DNA from: an uncultured virus (IMG/VR IMGVR_UViG_3300038443_001324)
Taxonomy: Duplodnaviria > Heunggongvirae > Uroviricota > Caudoviricetes
DNA: 64,000 nt
Virus record (IMG/VR): IMGVR_UViG_3300038443_001324
Strand: one strand, 5' to 3'
The translations under genes were made by a program, and so were the position numbers. Positions 17,813 to 28,087 of this stretch are shown here, in pieces; positions within the stretch are counted from its first letter, which is position 1, and every line of letters starts with the position of its first letter. The notes under the pieces were generated by a model, which was not told where the DNA came from, did no database searches, and worked only from the letters and a program-made list of their open reading frames with translations.

Positions 17813-20800
17813 TTACCTCTTCGTGAGCGGCCGCGTGGCCTGGAAATTGTTCTTCATCGAGGCGTCGTACTCGCCCGAATTCATGCCGGCTTTCACCGTG
17901 TCGCGGATGAGCACCTGAATGAATTTTTTGCCGCTCGAGTCGGTCCCTCCCGAGGTCTGCACGGGTTGAGAGCCCTGCGCGGTGCGCTGATCGACGATGG
18001 TGATATTGGGCCCGGTGTCCGCGGGCTGGCCGCCGCCATAGGCGCGCACCCCAAGCGAGCCGTCCGCGCCGCGCTTGAGCGGCAAAATCCCCTCGGGGCC
18101 TGCCTCGCCGGCGACGCCGCCGCCGCTTGCGAACGCGAAAAATGTGGGCTTGTTTAGCACCTGGCCGCTGTAGGCCGACAGGCTTGGCGAGTCGTACGCG
18201 CCACCTTTGGCGTTGGCCGTGAAGCCATAGCTAAGATTGGCCGTACCCAGCCCCGAGCTGTAGCTAGACACATCCATCCCGGCGCTCGTGCCGCTGCCAA
18301 GCGACGAAAGAGAACCGGCGCTACCCCCCATCAAATCGATGAACTGCTTGAGCAGCCCCTCGCCGTATTGCGAGGCGAGCGCTTCGAAGGGCTTGATAAT
18401 GTCATCTTGGATGATGGTGTTAGCCACATCCTGCGCGAGCGACGAGATGCCGTTAAGCAGCGCCTTCGTCTTGCTGCCGCTCGTGGTGATTATCGTGTCG
18501 AACGTTTTCATCAGGTCGGTACCGATCACCTTCACCACGTCGCCGAACGACTTTTGCAGATCGACGCCCAGCTGCTTTTGCTGGTTCATCTGCTGCGTTT
18601 GCTTGGCAAGCTCGGCCGTGATCTTGATCTGCGTTTGGTAGTACTCATTCGACGGCTGCACGCCTTCCTGCTCGAGCTCGAACTTTTTTTGCAGTACGGC
18701 CAGTTGCACGTCCATGTCTGCGCCGCCGTTCTTCACGATCTCGGCCTTTTGCGTCTCGAGATCGAGCTGGCGCTGCATCTCGGCTGTCTGCTCGGCGAGC
18801 TTCTCGTTTTGCTCGAGTTGCGGCTTATTCATCGTGGCCGCTACGAGAGCGTTTTGGTCGACGCCTGGCGCCGTGGTGCGCCGGATCTGATCGGCGGCAA
18901 ACTGCGATCGCACTGCCTGCAGGGAATTGGGATTGCCCGCCGACGCGATTTCGTCTTGGAGCTCTTTCTGCTGCCGAAGAGCGTCGGCGAGCTGCTCGCG
19001 CACGCGCGTTTGTTCCTGTGCCTGCCAGGTGTTGAACTCGATATCACCGGTACCGGGGTTCGACGCGTTGCGCGTGCGGCGCTGCATTTGCTGCTGCGCG
19101 AGCGATACGGCATACGAGCCTTGCGAGGCCACTGCGAGCCCGGCCGCCGCGCTGCGATAGGCGTTCAGCGAATTGAAGCGCGCCGTCGCGTCGTTCACCT
19201 CGTTTTGCGCCTGCTTCACTGCGAGCAGCGAATCGCGGTAGTTCTTAACGGCCTGGTTGGCTTCATCAGTGTGCGCCGCGGGGCCGGTACCGAAGGTTTC
19301 TGTGCGCCAGTTTTCTGCGTCGACGCTTGAATCGATCTGCGCGCGCCGCGCGGGGCCCGCGCCGATGCCGCCCATGCGTTGCAGCTCGAGCTCGGCCGAG
19401 AGCGTTGCCTTGGATTTGCGGTCGATTGTGTCGCCGATCTGTTGCTGCGTGAAAAGGTTGTCGGCCATGCCGGGCGGCAGCGGCGGCAATCCCTTCGCGG
19501 TCTGATCGTCGTTGAGCTTGCGCGCGCTCGCGGCGATCTTCGCATCGGCAATGCCATACGTGCCGCGGTCGGCCGTCGCATCATCGATCGCCTGCTGCAT
19601 CTTCTGCGCGGCTGGCGCCGCGTCTTCCATTTCCTTCTTGATGCGCGCGATCGCGTCCGTGAGCTTGGTGACGTTCGCTTCCCACGTGGGCTCGTCTTTA
19701 AAGCTCGTGAAGCCCTTGTTCATATCGTCAAGGGCTTTCTGAGCCTGGCCCAGTTCCTTCGTGAGCTCGCCCAGCTTCTTCGTGTACGGATCCTTATCGG
19801 CGATCGTGTTGAGCGCGGCATTGACTTCCGCGTCGCCCTTGCCGTACAGCTTGTCTTTGGCGTTGGCGTTGTTCAGTGTGCTTTGAGCTGCCGTCGCCTT
19901 CTCGAGCTCGGCGGTGAGCTGCTTGATCTGCGCGAGGCGCTGCACGCTCACCATGCCCGCGCCCGGGTCGGCCTTCTCGGCCGCCTTCAGCTCGTTGATC
20001 TGCGCGGTGAGCGATTTAACGCTGTTATCGCTCTTGAGCGACGAACTCAAGCGCTGCACGCCAGCATCGAGGTCGTTGATGCCGGCCTGGATCATGGTCG
20101 TGGCACCCGTTACCTTGCCGAGCTCGGCCGCCGCCACCGCCGCGTCGTTCTTCAGACGCGTGAAGGCCATATCGACCGTAGTGGGCAGCTCCTTAAACTT
20201 GGCGTTCGCATCGTCGGCGCCGTTCAGGATCCCCGAAAACACGGCTTGCGCGGTGACATCGCCGTTGCGCTCATGCGACTGAATCGAACCGGGTGTCCAG
20301 CCGTTGCCGCGCTCGATAGCCTGCCCGATCGTGGGCGTTTCGTGCACGATCTCGCGCAGCACGCGGCCATCGATATTGCCCTGCGCGAGCCCCATGGTGA
20401 GATCCATGAGGCCGCGCTCGGTCTGGTAGGGCGTAGCGCCCCCTTCCTTGCTCAGTTGCACGAGCGTGCGCGTGAACTTGAGCACCTCGTCGTTGGTCGC
20501 GCCGATCTCTTCGCGGATCCGGTCGAACCGCGTGAAGGTGTCGGCAAACGATTCGACCGAGATCCCAGCGGCATCGGCCGTTTTCACCAGATCGCCAAAG
20601 ATAGCATTCGCCTCGGCCTGCGAGCCGGTGGCCAGCTTCAGGCGCGCATTGAGCATGGACATTTCGTCCTGGTAATGCGCAAGGCCCGCCTGCATACCGA
20701 CGAACGCGGCGCCGGCGGCCGCCGCGGCAACGCCGATGCCGCCGAGTACGGCCGCGGCGCCGGCGCCGGTGCCCTCGAGCGCTTCGAAGCCCTCGCCGGC

Positions 20801-21475
20801 GAGCCCAAGCGCGCTATTGAGCGAGCGGCCGCCACCGCCGCCGCCAGCTTCGACGCCCAGGACGCCGGCGAGCTCGCGCACGGTGCCGCTTACCTTGCCG
20901 ATCACCCCTTGGGCGATGCCAAACTTGCTGGCTGATTCGCTGGCCGCGTCGGCCGAGCGCTTGGTTGCAGCGGCCGCGCTCGAGTGCGCCGAGGCGAGCG
21001 ACAGCACAGCCTTCTCGAAACTCGCGAATTGCTGGGATAGGGTGCCGGTGGCCGCCAGGTGCTTCTGGCTTATCGACAGCGCTTGATTCTGGACGTCGAG
21101 CAGTGCGCGCAGATCTGCCGCGGTTTGCTTGGACGCGGCATCTAGCGGCTTCATGGCGGCCACCATGGCGGCCAGATCTGCCGCCATCTTGCGCGTGCTG
21201 TCGTCGAGCGGCTTGAGCGCCGCGAGCATCGTATTGAGCTCACCCGTGGCTTGCTTGGCCGAGTCGCCGGCGGCCTTCGTGGCGGTGCTTTGCGCGCCCG
21301 TTGCCTGCGTGTTGGCTTTGAGCTGCGTGTTGAGCTGGTTGACGCCCGCCGAGAGCTTGTCGAGCACGTTGCCCAGCTTTGAGATCTCGGTACCGGCCGA
21401 GGCGGCGTCGGCCTTGGCCTTGGCAAGACCCGACGTATCTACGTCAAACCCAAGCGGGACAATATCGTCGGCCAT
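17813..21475 (-). CDS. Tape measure protein
   Basis: 1220 aa, Ala-rich helical; ANAKGG and GEAGPEGILPL at the C-terminus. Confidence 0.92.
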   Translation of the reverse strand: MADDIVPLGFDVDTSGLAKAKADAASAGTEISKLGNVLDKLSAGVNQLNTQLKANTQATGAQSTATKAAGDSAKQATGELNTMLAALKPLDDSTRKMAADLAAMVAAMKPLDAASKQTAADLRALLDVQNQALSISQKHLAATGTLSQQFASFEKAVLSLASAHSSAAAATKRSADAASESASKFGIAQGVIGKVSGTVRELAGVLGVEAGGGGGGRSLNSALGLAGEGFEALEGTGAGAAAVLGGIGVAAAAAGAAFVGMQAGLAHYQDEMSMLNARLKLATGSQAEANAIFGDLVKTADAAGISVESFADTFTRFDRIREEIGATNDEVLKFTRTLVQLSKEGGATPYQTERGLMDLTMGLAQGNIDGRVLREIVHETPTIGQAIERGNGWTPGSIQSHERNGDVTAQAVFSGILNGADDANAKFKELPTTVDMAFTRLKNDAAVAAAELGKVTGATTMIQAGINDLDAGVQRLSSSLKSDNSVKSLTAQINELKAAEKADPGAGMVSVQRLAQIKQLTAELEKATAAQSTLNNANAKDKLYGKGDAEVNAALNTIADKDPYTKKLGELTKELGQAQKALDDMNKGFTSFKDEPTWEANVTKLTDAIARIKKEMEDAAPAAQKMQQAIDDATADRGTYGIADAKIAASARKLNDDQTAKGLPPLPPGMADNLFTQQQIGDTIDRKSKATLSAELELQRMGGIGAGPARRAQIDSSVDAENWRTETFGTGPAAHTDEANQAVKNYRDSLLAVKQAQNEVNDATARFNSLNAYRSAAAGLAVASQGSYAVSLAQQQMQRRTRNASNPGTGDIEFNTWQAQEQTRVREQLADALRQQKELQDEIASAGNPNSLQAVRSQFAADQIRRTTAPGVDQNALVAATMNKPQLEQNEKLAEQTAEMQRQLDLETQKAEIVKNGGADMDVQLAVLQKKFELEQEGVQPSNEYYQTQIKITAELAKQTQQMNQQKQLGVDLQKSFGDVVKVIGTDLMKTFDTIITTSGSKTKALLNGISSLAQDVANTIIQDDIIKPFEALASQYGEGLLKQFIDLMGGSAGSLSSLGSGTSAGMDVSSYSSGLGTANLSYGFTANAKGGAYDSPSLSAYSGQVLNKPTFFAFASGGGVAGEAGPEGILPLKRGADGSLGVRAYGGGQPADTGPNITIVDQRTAQGSQPVQTSGGTDSSGKKFIQVLIRDTVKAGMNSGEYDASMKNNFQATRPLTKR

Positions 21476-21488
21476 CGATCACACCCTG

Positions 21489-21833
21489 TTACGTGACTGT
21501 TTCCGGCGCTTCGTGCGCCGATTGGAGAAAGGCGTCGTCAACCTTGCGCAGTGCATCCACTTCCCACGGCAAAAGCCGGCTGCACATCACTCGCTGCCAC
21601 GCATCGATCTCCGCATACGTGATAGGGCCGGGGCCGAATCCGCCCGCGCGCGTGTTGTGCATTTCCAAAAAGGCCCGCCATATCAGACGGGCCCCCTCGG
21701 GTAAGTCCGGCGGCTTGCCAGCCACCTGCTCGAGCGGCTTGCCGAGCTGGCGTGCAACGGACGCCATATGCTCGGATACGGCCGCGTCGCCAGCTCGCTT
21801 GCTACCGATGAACTGGTGCCGCGCGAAGGCCAT
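21489..21833 (-). CDS. Tail assembly chaperone, frameshift extension (gpT-like)
   Basis: GFGPGPITYAEIDAW motif; frame is open back to the slippery site. Confidence 0.75.
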   Translation of the reverse strand: MAFARHQFIGSKRAGDAAVSEHMASVARQLGKPLEQVAGKPPDLPEGARLIWRAFLEMHNTRAGGFGPGPITYAEIDAWQRVMCSRLLPWEVDALRKVDDAFLQSAHEAPETVT

Positions 21834-22261
21834 CAGGCCGTCGACGACGCCTTCAAAAAATTTGCTCGCTTTGAGATGAACGCGTCGACCTGATCGCGGA
21901 TCACTGGATAGGCATACAGGGCCTTCACGTTCTCAGGCGTGAACGGCACCGAATCGCCCTTCTGGTCGTGCACGTTCTCCCAGCTCTTCGTGAGCGCGGC
22001 GATGACCTCGATCGTGAAGCGGTTGGGCTCTTCCTTGAGCTCGACGCCGGTTTCCTTGGCCTTTTGTGCTTCGGTCAGGCGTGCGCGCGTGATTTCGTCG
22101 ATCGTTGCGCGGTACTTTGCGCTATCTGGGCCGAGCACGATCACGGCAACGGGCTTGCCCTTGCTGGCCATCACCTCGCCGCGCGCGTTGCGCAGCTCGA
22201 GGCGCACGCCCTGCTCGGAGAGAGGAACGGTGTCGATCGATGCTTCAAAGTCGAATTTCAT
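21833..22261 (-). CDS. Tail assembly chaperone (gpG-like)
   Basis: Start MKFDF; ends QVDAFISKRANFL; lies between tail tube and tape measure. Confidence 0.75.
   Translation of the reverse strand: MKFDFEASIDTVPLSEQGVRLELRNARGEVMASKGKPVAVIVLGPDSAKYRATIDEITRARLTEAQKAKETGVELKEEPNRFTIEVIAALTKSWENVHDQKGDSVPFTPENVKALYAYPVIRDQVDAFISKRANFLKASSTA
21855..21863 (-). other. Programmed -1 frameshift slippery site
   Basis: GCA AAT TTT TTG; the -1 frame reads FFEGVVDGLMAFAR into the next ORF. Confidence 0.7.
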
Positions 22262-22293
22262 GGCGGTGTTTGCGGGTAGTGAAGGGTTGAGGG

Positions 22294-22626
22294 TTACTGC
22301 TGCGCTTGCAGCCGGCGAAAGAGGGCGTAACCCTCGAGCTCCCACAACTTGTCGCGCGCGGCCGGCTCGGCGTTTTCCATCGCGATTCGCTTGCCCATCT
22401 CTTCGTCGAAGTTGGCGGCCGACACGCACGCAGATTTGCCGGTCGCCAAGTGAAAGCGCCCGTCTAGGAAAGCATGCGCGAATGTGGTGGTCGAGCCGTT
22501 GGGGCGCACGTCGAACGTGTACACAACGCGCTTCATGAGGTCGTCGATCATCGACGGCGTGATGCGGGCTGCGGTGAGGCCCTTGTCCTGAATTTCCTGC
22601 TCGGTAGCGAGATCGTTTTTGTGCAT
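22294..22626 (-). CDS. Phage Gp49/Gp66-family protein
   Basis: G.SACVS.ANFDEEMG.RIA ... LWELEGY. Confidence 0.75.
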   Translation of the reverse strand: MHKNDLATEQEIQDKGLTAARITPSMIDDLMKRVVYTFDVRPNGSTTTFAHAFLDGRFHLATGKSACVSAANFDEEMGKRIAMENAEPAARDKLWELEGYALFRRLQAQQ

Positions 22627-22696
22627 GGCCTGGATAGATCGAATTGAGAGAGAGAAGAGGCCGGCCTATACGAGCACCGGCCCGGGTGCGTGCTCT

Positions 22697-23920
22697 TTAC
22701 GCGTTGCTGCGCTGAATCACCATCGTCGCGCCGTCGAGATCCGGGCTCGTGGTCGAGTTGGCCAGCAGCGCCGTGAACGGCAGTTGGACGACGACGCCGC
22801 CATCGCCGGCTACCGTCTTCGTGGCGCCGGTGAACTTGATGCGGTGAAAGCCGAAGCACAGGAAATCGGGCGCGCTGCCGTCTGCGGGGGGCGCGGCGTC
22901 GAGCTGCACCACGACGTCCGTTTCCTGCTCACCGAGGAACGCTGCGAGAAGCGACTGATCCTGCAAGTACGCCGAGAGCGTGCCCGTAACCTCGGTTCGG
23001 CCGTAGTAGATATTGGGCGCGATCACCGATCCCACGACTGCCGGCGCCGTGCACGAATGGGCCACTGTGAAGTCGAGCGCCGTAACGACGCCTTGCGCCA
23101 CGCCGCCGATTGAAACCGAGCCCGATGGGCCCGCCAGAATGCCGGTGGTGGGCGCGGCGGTCGGGGCGATGAAGTACGGCGACGAGGCGCCCGACAGCAC
23201 TTGGCCGTCCTGGCCCATGAAATCGAGGTCGACGGTGGCCATGCCGTTCACCGGCAGCTTGAACTGCCCTTTGTCGACACGGCATCCCGTGAAGATCTCG
23301 GACACGCCGATATCGGGGTTGGCCTGCTCGATCGTGTACGAGTCCTGCTCGGTGCCCACGGCGAGCTTTTGACCGACTACAGCCACCGCGAACGAGACTT
23401 CCGCGGGCATATCGATCGGCGCCGGGAAGACGGTGATCGCCGCCGCCGTAGCGTTCGTGATACGGAAATTCTTGTTGTTGTTGGCCCCGTATGGATCGGG
23501 CAGGTTCGTGAAGCGCACCACGTCGCCGCGCTTGAACCCCTTGTCGAGCCACGAGCCCGAGGCGTTCGTAAAGGTGCTGTTGGCGTTGCTGGCCGTGATG
23601 CTCGTAAAGTCGCCCGGCGCAGCCGTTACGCCGGCGGCCCAGCGGCCGCGCAGCAGCGATTCGATCAGATCGTCGAACGAGGCCGTCGAAAGCTCGCACG
23701 CAACCGTGCCGCCCACCTTATGCAGCCCATGGCGCAGATCTGCGATCTGTTGGTCTGTGCGTACCTCATTGGACGCAAAGGTGTCTTTCGACGTGGCGAG
23801 GGTCGATTGAACGCGACGCAGCAGCTTACCGGACGCTGCCGCGGCTGCCGTGCCGAACGCGGCTTCACGCGCGTACGCAATCGATACTGTTACTGCCTGT
23901 TGGGTGATTTTGGTAGTCAT
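22697..23920 (-). CDS. Tail tube (major tail) protein
   Basis: SNEVR.D.Q..D.R.G motif; synteny. Confidence 0.8.
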   Translation of the reverse strand: MTTKITQQAVTVSIAYAREAAFGTAAAAASGKLLRRVQSTLATSKDTFASNEVRTDQQIADLRHGLHKVGGTVACELSTASFDDLIESLLRGRWAAGVTAAPGDFTSITASNANSTFTNASGSWLDKGFKRGDVVRFTNLPDPYGANNNKNFRITNATAAAITVFPAPIDMPAEVSFAVAVVGQKLAVGTEQDSYTIEQANPDIGVSEIFTGCRVDKGQFKLPVNGMATVDLDFMGQDGQVLSGASSPYFIAPTAAPTTGILAGPSGSVSIGGVAQGVVTALDFTVAHSCTAPAVVGSVIAPNIYYGRTEVTGTLSAYLQDQSLLAAFLGEQETDVVVQLDAAPPADGSAPDFLCFGFHRIKFTGATKTVAGDGGVVVQLPFTALLANSTTSPDLDGATMVIQRSNA

Positions 23921-23935
23921 CGGAACCCCTTGTGA

Positions 23936-24604
23936 TCAGATTCGCGCGGTGTGACCGACGATGGTCACAAGCACCGGAACGCCTATATAGTCAGCCGCCG
24001 GCAGTAGCGGCTTGCGCTCTGCGGCCATCACGGTGCCCGACGAGGATCCATACACAAGCTGGGTTCCGGGCTCGAAGAGATCCAGCATTGTCCCGGCCAT
24101 GAGCTCGGCGCCAAACGCGCCGAATTCGGTCGGGTAGTTCACAACGAAATTTGCGCTCGAGGTGTGGGCTTGCATACCGCCTTTGCCAAGCCCGCGCGCC
24201 ACTGAAGAGATCGGCCGGAACGCTTCGGAAACGAAAGGGCGCCCGTCCGTAGGGGAGAAAGTTACGTCTTCCCACGCCATGCCGCTCGGCAATCCGCAGG
24301 TGAACGTTACGGGCGTAATCATGCCAGAAGGTGCGGCGCTCGTGAGCGGCTGCTCAAGCGTAAGCGTGAGATCGTCCACGGCGCGCACAATCGCCAGGCC
24401 GTCGCCGGCGTCTGCGCCGAATCCTGCGATCTCCACCTCGTCGCCGGGTGTGAAGTGATCGTCGACAAAACTGCCGTTCTCGCGCGTGTACGTGGCGCCG
24501 CTCACGCTCGCGGCGATCGCGCCGCTCGAGCACTTCATGAGCGTGAGTAGCAACGAGCGCACGGCCGCGCGCATTTCGGTATGGAAGAGGGCAGCGCCGC
24601 TCAT
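23936..24604 (-). CDS. Tail terminator-like protein with an inserted beta domain
   Basis: AWEDVTFSP.DG.P motif; upstream of the tail tube gene. Confidence 0.6.
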   Translation of the reverse strand: MSGAALFHTEMRAAVRSLLLTLMKCSSGAIAASVSGATYTRENGSFVDDHFTPGDEVEIAGFGADAGDGLAIVRAVDDLTLTLEQPLTSAAPSGMITPVTFTCGLPSGMAWEDVTFSPTDGRPFVSEAFRPISSVARGLGKGGMQAHTSSANFVVNYPTEFGAFGAELMAGTMLDLFEPGTQLVYGSSSGTVMAAERKPLLPAADYIGVPVLVTIVGHTARI

Positions 24605-25050
24605 AAGGGGGTCTCCGTGAATTCCACGTCATCGAGCTCGAGCTCGCGGCCCACGAGGCGCGCACGCACAGGCGTCCATTGGCGATATGCAGCGCGCCAG
24701 CGCGCGCACTTGTACTCGTAATCGAACCGCGTGCCCTGGTCGTGTTCGTGGTGGCAGGCAAAACACGCGGGCAGCGTGAAGCGATCGCGCGCCTTCAGCG
24801 CGCCGCCCTTGCCGTGCGCGGCCTCGTTCGAATGCGCCGGCACAACCGTGTCGATGCGCCCACAGCACACACCGGGGTAGCACAGGTAACACGGCTGGCC
24901 CGCGCAGGCGTTGCGCAGCTTCGCGTCGCTATAGCCTTCGGGGCGCTTGGGCTTGCTCGAGCGCTTCGGCCGCGAGCTGCTCGAGCTCGAGCGCGCGATC
25001 GCGCCACCGGAGCGCAAAGGTGTCTTGCGAGCGAGCGGGGTGCGACGCAT
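24601..25050 (-). CDS. DUF1364/YbcO-like Zn-binding nuclease-fold protein
   Basis: GQPCYL..PGVC...TVVPAHSN...GKG..LKA.D....ACFACH. Confidence 0.7.
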   Translation of the reverse strand: MRRTPLARKTPLRSGGAIARSSSSSSRPKRSSKPKRPEGYSDAKLRNACAGQPCYLCYPGVCCGRIDTVVPAHSNEAAHGKGGALKARDRFTLPACFACHHEHDQGTRFDYEYKCARWRAAYRQWTPVRARLVGRELELDDVEFTETPL

Positions 25051-25496
25051 CACAGTTTTAGATCCTTCGCCGTGTTCGATACCACTTGCGGCCATGTGAG
25101 CAGCGTGTCGCGCACGTAGAAGCGGCCCGCCTGGTTGTAGACCCGGCCAAGCGAATCGGGGCCCACGAAGCCATACTCGAGGCGCCGCGCGTACGCGCAG
25201 CCGTTGCGCATACGGAACACGTCGCCGAGCTTCATCTCGGCCACCGTGAGAGAGATAGCTGCTGCGGCCAGCGCGCCGGCGACGTCGTGCTCAACCGTGT
25301 CGGGATCGGCCACTTTCGCCTCGCCGATCGCCGGCTGCCAGTTGCCGCGCAAAAAGCCCGTATCGACGGGCGTTTGCTCAACGACAGCGCGCGAAATGTT
25401 CTGTATCGACTGGCGGGCTAGCCCCTCGAGCTGCGTGCCCGCCTTGTCGGCCCATTTGCCCATGGCCATGCGGAATTTCTCGCCAGCGCTGGCCAT
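25050..25496 (-). CDS. HK97 gp10-like tail completion protein
   Basis: TPVDTGFLRGNW, YARRLEYG. Confidence 0.8.
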   Translation of the reverse strand: MASAGEKFRMAMGKWADKAGTQLEGLARQSIQNISRAVVEQTPVDTGFLRGNWQPAIGEAKVADPDTVEHDVAGALAAAAISLTVAEMKLGDVFRMRNGCAYARRLEYGFVGPDSLGRVYNQAGRFYVRDTLLTWPQVVSNTAKDLKL

Positions 25497-25876
25497 CACT
25501 TCGCCCCATATGCCAGGGTGTAGATCGCGCCATCGGCGGCCGGGTCGTAGGTGGTCGTCCAGACGATCCGGTACCGCGTGCCGCCCCACACGGCGTAATC
25601 GGTTTCCATCGGTATCAAATCCTGGTTTCCCTTCTGCGCAATATGAAACTCGATCTCGAGCTTTTCGCGCAGCGATTGCGGAACGAGCGACTGCTGTTTG
25701 CCAGGGGGGAGCGCCACACAGGGAAAATCGCGGGTGATCACTTGCGCGGGCGCAGCGCGCCGCGTAACGGGGTCGATCGCGCCCGTGGACGGGGCCTCGC
25801 GGCTCACCGTGAGAACGCCGCCCGCCTTCTTGATCAGGCGTAGCGCAGTCGCGGCCTGCCGGTCGTAGATGCCCAT
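25496..25876 (-). CDS. Head closure protein
   Basis: YDRQAATALRLIKK.G; synteny. Confidence 0.6.
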   Translation of the reverse strand: MGIYDRQAATALRLIKKAGGVLTVSREAPSTGAIDPVTRRAAPAQVITRDFPCVALPPGKQQSLVPQSLREKLEIEFHIAQKGNQDLIPMETDYAVWGGTRYRIVWTTTYDPAADGAIYTLAYGAK

Positions 25877-25884
25877 GGCTTACC

Positions 25885-26502
25885 TCACTCGAGTGGACTG
25901 GCCCAATCGCAGCCGGGGTCCGCGTACGGATCGCGCTGCATATCGTTGTGGAAGTACGTCGGCCGAGCGGGGTTCTGATCATCTACGCCGCCCATCACGG
26001 GACTGGCAATCAGGTAGTCCATGTCGCGCACGTACTGCTCGAGAAAGCCCATGGCTTGCTGGTAGACCTTCTGCGCGGGCGCGTTCGGGTCGTACGTGGT
26101 GCTGATCGGGCCAATCTGCTCATGCTGGATCAGGCCGCCGCGCTCGAGATCCTGGAAGAGCTCGACGTCGGCGATCGCCTTATAGGCGAGCTCGGCGCAG
26201 GCCTTGGCCACGCGCAGCGGCACGCCGGTAACGGCCATCGAGCTCCAATCGAGCAGGTTGGCCCGCGGGAACTCGAGCGACTGCGTGGCCGTGACCTTGG
26301 TGCCCTTGTAGCGAAACGCGGTGTCGATCCAGTTGGTGGCCGCGCGCAGCCGCGTTTCGAGAAAAGCATCCTCGACGCTCGCGTCGATTGCGTAATTGAG
26401 GTTTGCGCAGTAGGTGCGCAGATCTGCGACAGCAATGTAGCTATCGGCGCCGGGCAGGCCCGTGCCGTCTTCTACTACCAGCGAAGCGTCAAAGATGCTC
26501 AT
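25885..26502 (-). CDS. Head-tail adaptor (DnaT-like domain family)
   Basis: LVVEDGTG...ADSY, Q.LEFPR, ACAELA. Confidence 0.75.
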   Translation of the reverse strand: MSIFDASLVVEDGTGLPGADSYIAVADLRTYCANLNYAIDASVEDAFLETRLRAATNWIDTAFRYKGTKVTATQSLEFPRANLLDWSSMAVTGVPLRVAKACAELAYKAIADVELFQDLERGGLIQHEQIGPISTTYDPNAPAQKVYQQAMGFLEQYVRDMDYLIASPVMGGVDDQNPARPTYFHNDMQRDPYADPGCDWASPLE

Positions 26503-26511
26503 GGGCGGCCC

Positions 26512-26976
26512 TTACTCGGTTGCAGCGGGCGCGAGCTTGAGAGCTTCGGCCTTCGTGTGCGGCCCGCTGATCTGCTTTTCGCCTTCCATCACGAAATACC
26601 TCCCGAAGCCGCGATGCACGCATACGCGCACCGGCGGCTCGGCGTCGGCGCTGTCTTCCTGATCGCCGACTGCGGCGCCTTCCGGTTCGGCCGGCTGCAG
26701 CTGCGCTTTGCGCAGGGGCTTTTCGAGCGAGGCGGGCGTGCAGATCACAACCGGGTTTCCCTCGTCATCGACACGCGGGATCATGAAGCGGCCCTCGTAG
26801 AGCTGGCGCAGCTTGCGATCGTCGATCCCATCGGTGCGATCGATCACGTCGCCGGCAGCGAACTCTTTGCCGAGATAGGTGAGCGGCTTGAGCAGCACGA
26901 ACTGAAAGAGCGGCGAGAACGGGATGCGCTCAAAGCGTGAGCGGGTAGCGGTGTTGGTGGCGATTGCCATAGTCAT
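26512..26976 (-). CDS. Hypothetical head-associated protein
   Basis: ORF between capsid and adaptor genes; start uncertain. Confidence 0.55.
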   Translation of the reverse strand: MTMAIATNTATRSRFERIPFSPLFQFVLLKPLTYLGKEFAAGDVIDRTDGIDDRKLRQLYEGRFMIPRVDDEGNPVVICTPASLEKPLRKAQLQPAEPEGAAVGDQEDSADAEPPVRVCVHRGFGRYFVMEGEKQISGPHTKAEALKLAPAATE

Positions 26977-27060
26977 TTCCGGGGATGCTTGGAGAAAAGG
27001 CGGCGCGGCAGTCATGCCCGCGCCGCCTTCGATGGCCCTGCGTTACGGCTACAGGGGCGC

Positions 27061-28044
27061 TTAGGTGATGTCGTTCCAGAACCAGCCGAGATCTGCCGAC
27101 ACGAGCTTGCAAGTGAAGCTCATGTCAATCTCGACGCGGTCGGCGCCGATCTGTTCCATGCGGAACGAACGGATACGGCCGCCATCCGCGCCCGAGCCGA
27201 GCAGGCCCGTCCAGCTGAAGGTGTAGCCAGCGGTCGGCGTCATCAGGCCCGGCGTCGGCGTGCTGTAGCACAGCAGCGCGCAATTGCCACCGATGAACTG
27301 GTGATTTGCCGGCTGGCCTTCTTGCGCGATGTTCTCGATCGCGTTCATCACAAGGATGCGCCGCACCTTGAACAGCTTGGCCAGATCTTCGTCGCTCGGA
27401 TCGGCCGGCCCCGGTGCCGTCTGACCGTACTTGATACGGTCGATGATCTCGGGGTGATCGAGCAGCGTGTCGTACGTGGCGCGGCCGAGCACGAGCGTGT
27501 TGGGCTCGAAGCCCGTCGACTGGCGAATCGTGCGCTTGGCAACGCGCACGTTCTCGATCGGCGTGGAGCCGCTATCGCTCCATTTGAGCACCTGGCCGGC
27601 AGCCGGGTTTGCAGCGACGCCCGCGTAATCGTTCGTCCACACGCCCGACTTCAGGTATTGCGCGGTGAATAGCTTCTCTTTCTTGATGAGCGCCTTCTGC
27701 GTGACGAACACCGTCGCCTCGCGGTCGGGGTTGAGCACATCGTCGGCGTTCGCGCGCAATTCATCGGGCACGTCGCGGTGAAACGAGTAGCGCGGGGCGT
27801 AGTACGTGGGCGTGTTGTCCACGTCATAGCCGCTACCGGCCGATTCGGTGGCCGGCGCACGCTCTTGCATCTCGTCGCGGTTGAACGAGCCGCGATCGTA
27901 GGTGTAGTAGCGATCGCTCTGCTTTGCGACCGGAATGTTCGGGAACACCTGCGATGCCACGAACGCCGAGGCGTCCTGAATGTAGGCAATCGAGATGTTG
28001 GTGAGCGGGGTATTGACGTGGACGTCACCCGGTGTCGGATTCAT
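27061..28044 (-). CDS. Major capsid protein
   Basis: LTNISIAY...FP.IPV.KQSDRYY, PNTLVLG; strong AGGAGA RBS. Confidence 0.88.
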   Translation of the reverse strand: MNPTPGDVHVNTPLTNISIAYIQDASAFVASQVFPNIPVAKQSDRYYTYDRGSFNRDEMQERAPATESAGSGYDVDNTPTYYAPRYSFHRDVPDELRANADDVLNPDREATVFVTQKALIKKEKLFTAQYLKSGVWTNDYAGVAANPAAGQVLKWSDSGSTPIENVRVAKRTIRQSTGFEPNTLVLGRATYDTLLDHPEIIDRIKYGQTAPGPADPSDEDLAKLFKVRRILVMNAIENIAQEGQPANHQFIGGNCALLCYSTPTPGLMTPTAGYTFSWTGLLGSGADGGRIRSFRMEQIGADRVEIDMSFTCKLVSADLGWFWNDIT

Positions 28045-28087
28045 CTATCTGCTCTCCTAAAGTTGCGAAAGGGTGAAACCCCGCCCG

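Noticed and set aside
19379..20935. Long plus-strand ORFs opposite structural genes (also 10714-11964, 28576-29881, 33833-35149)
   Set aside because: Antisense shadows of GC-rich coding genes with no recognisable motifs.
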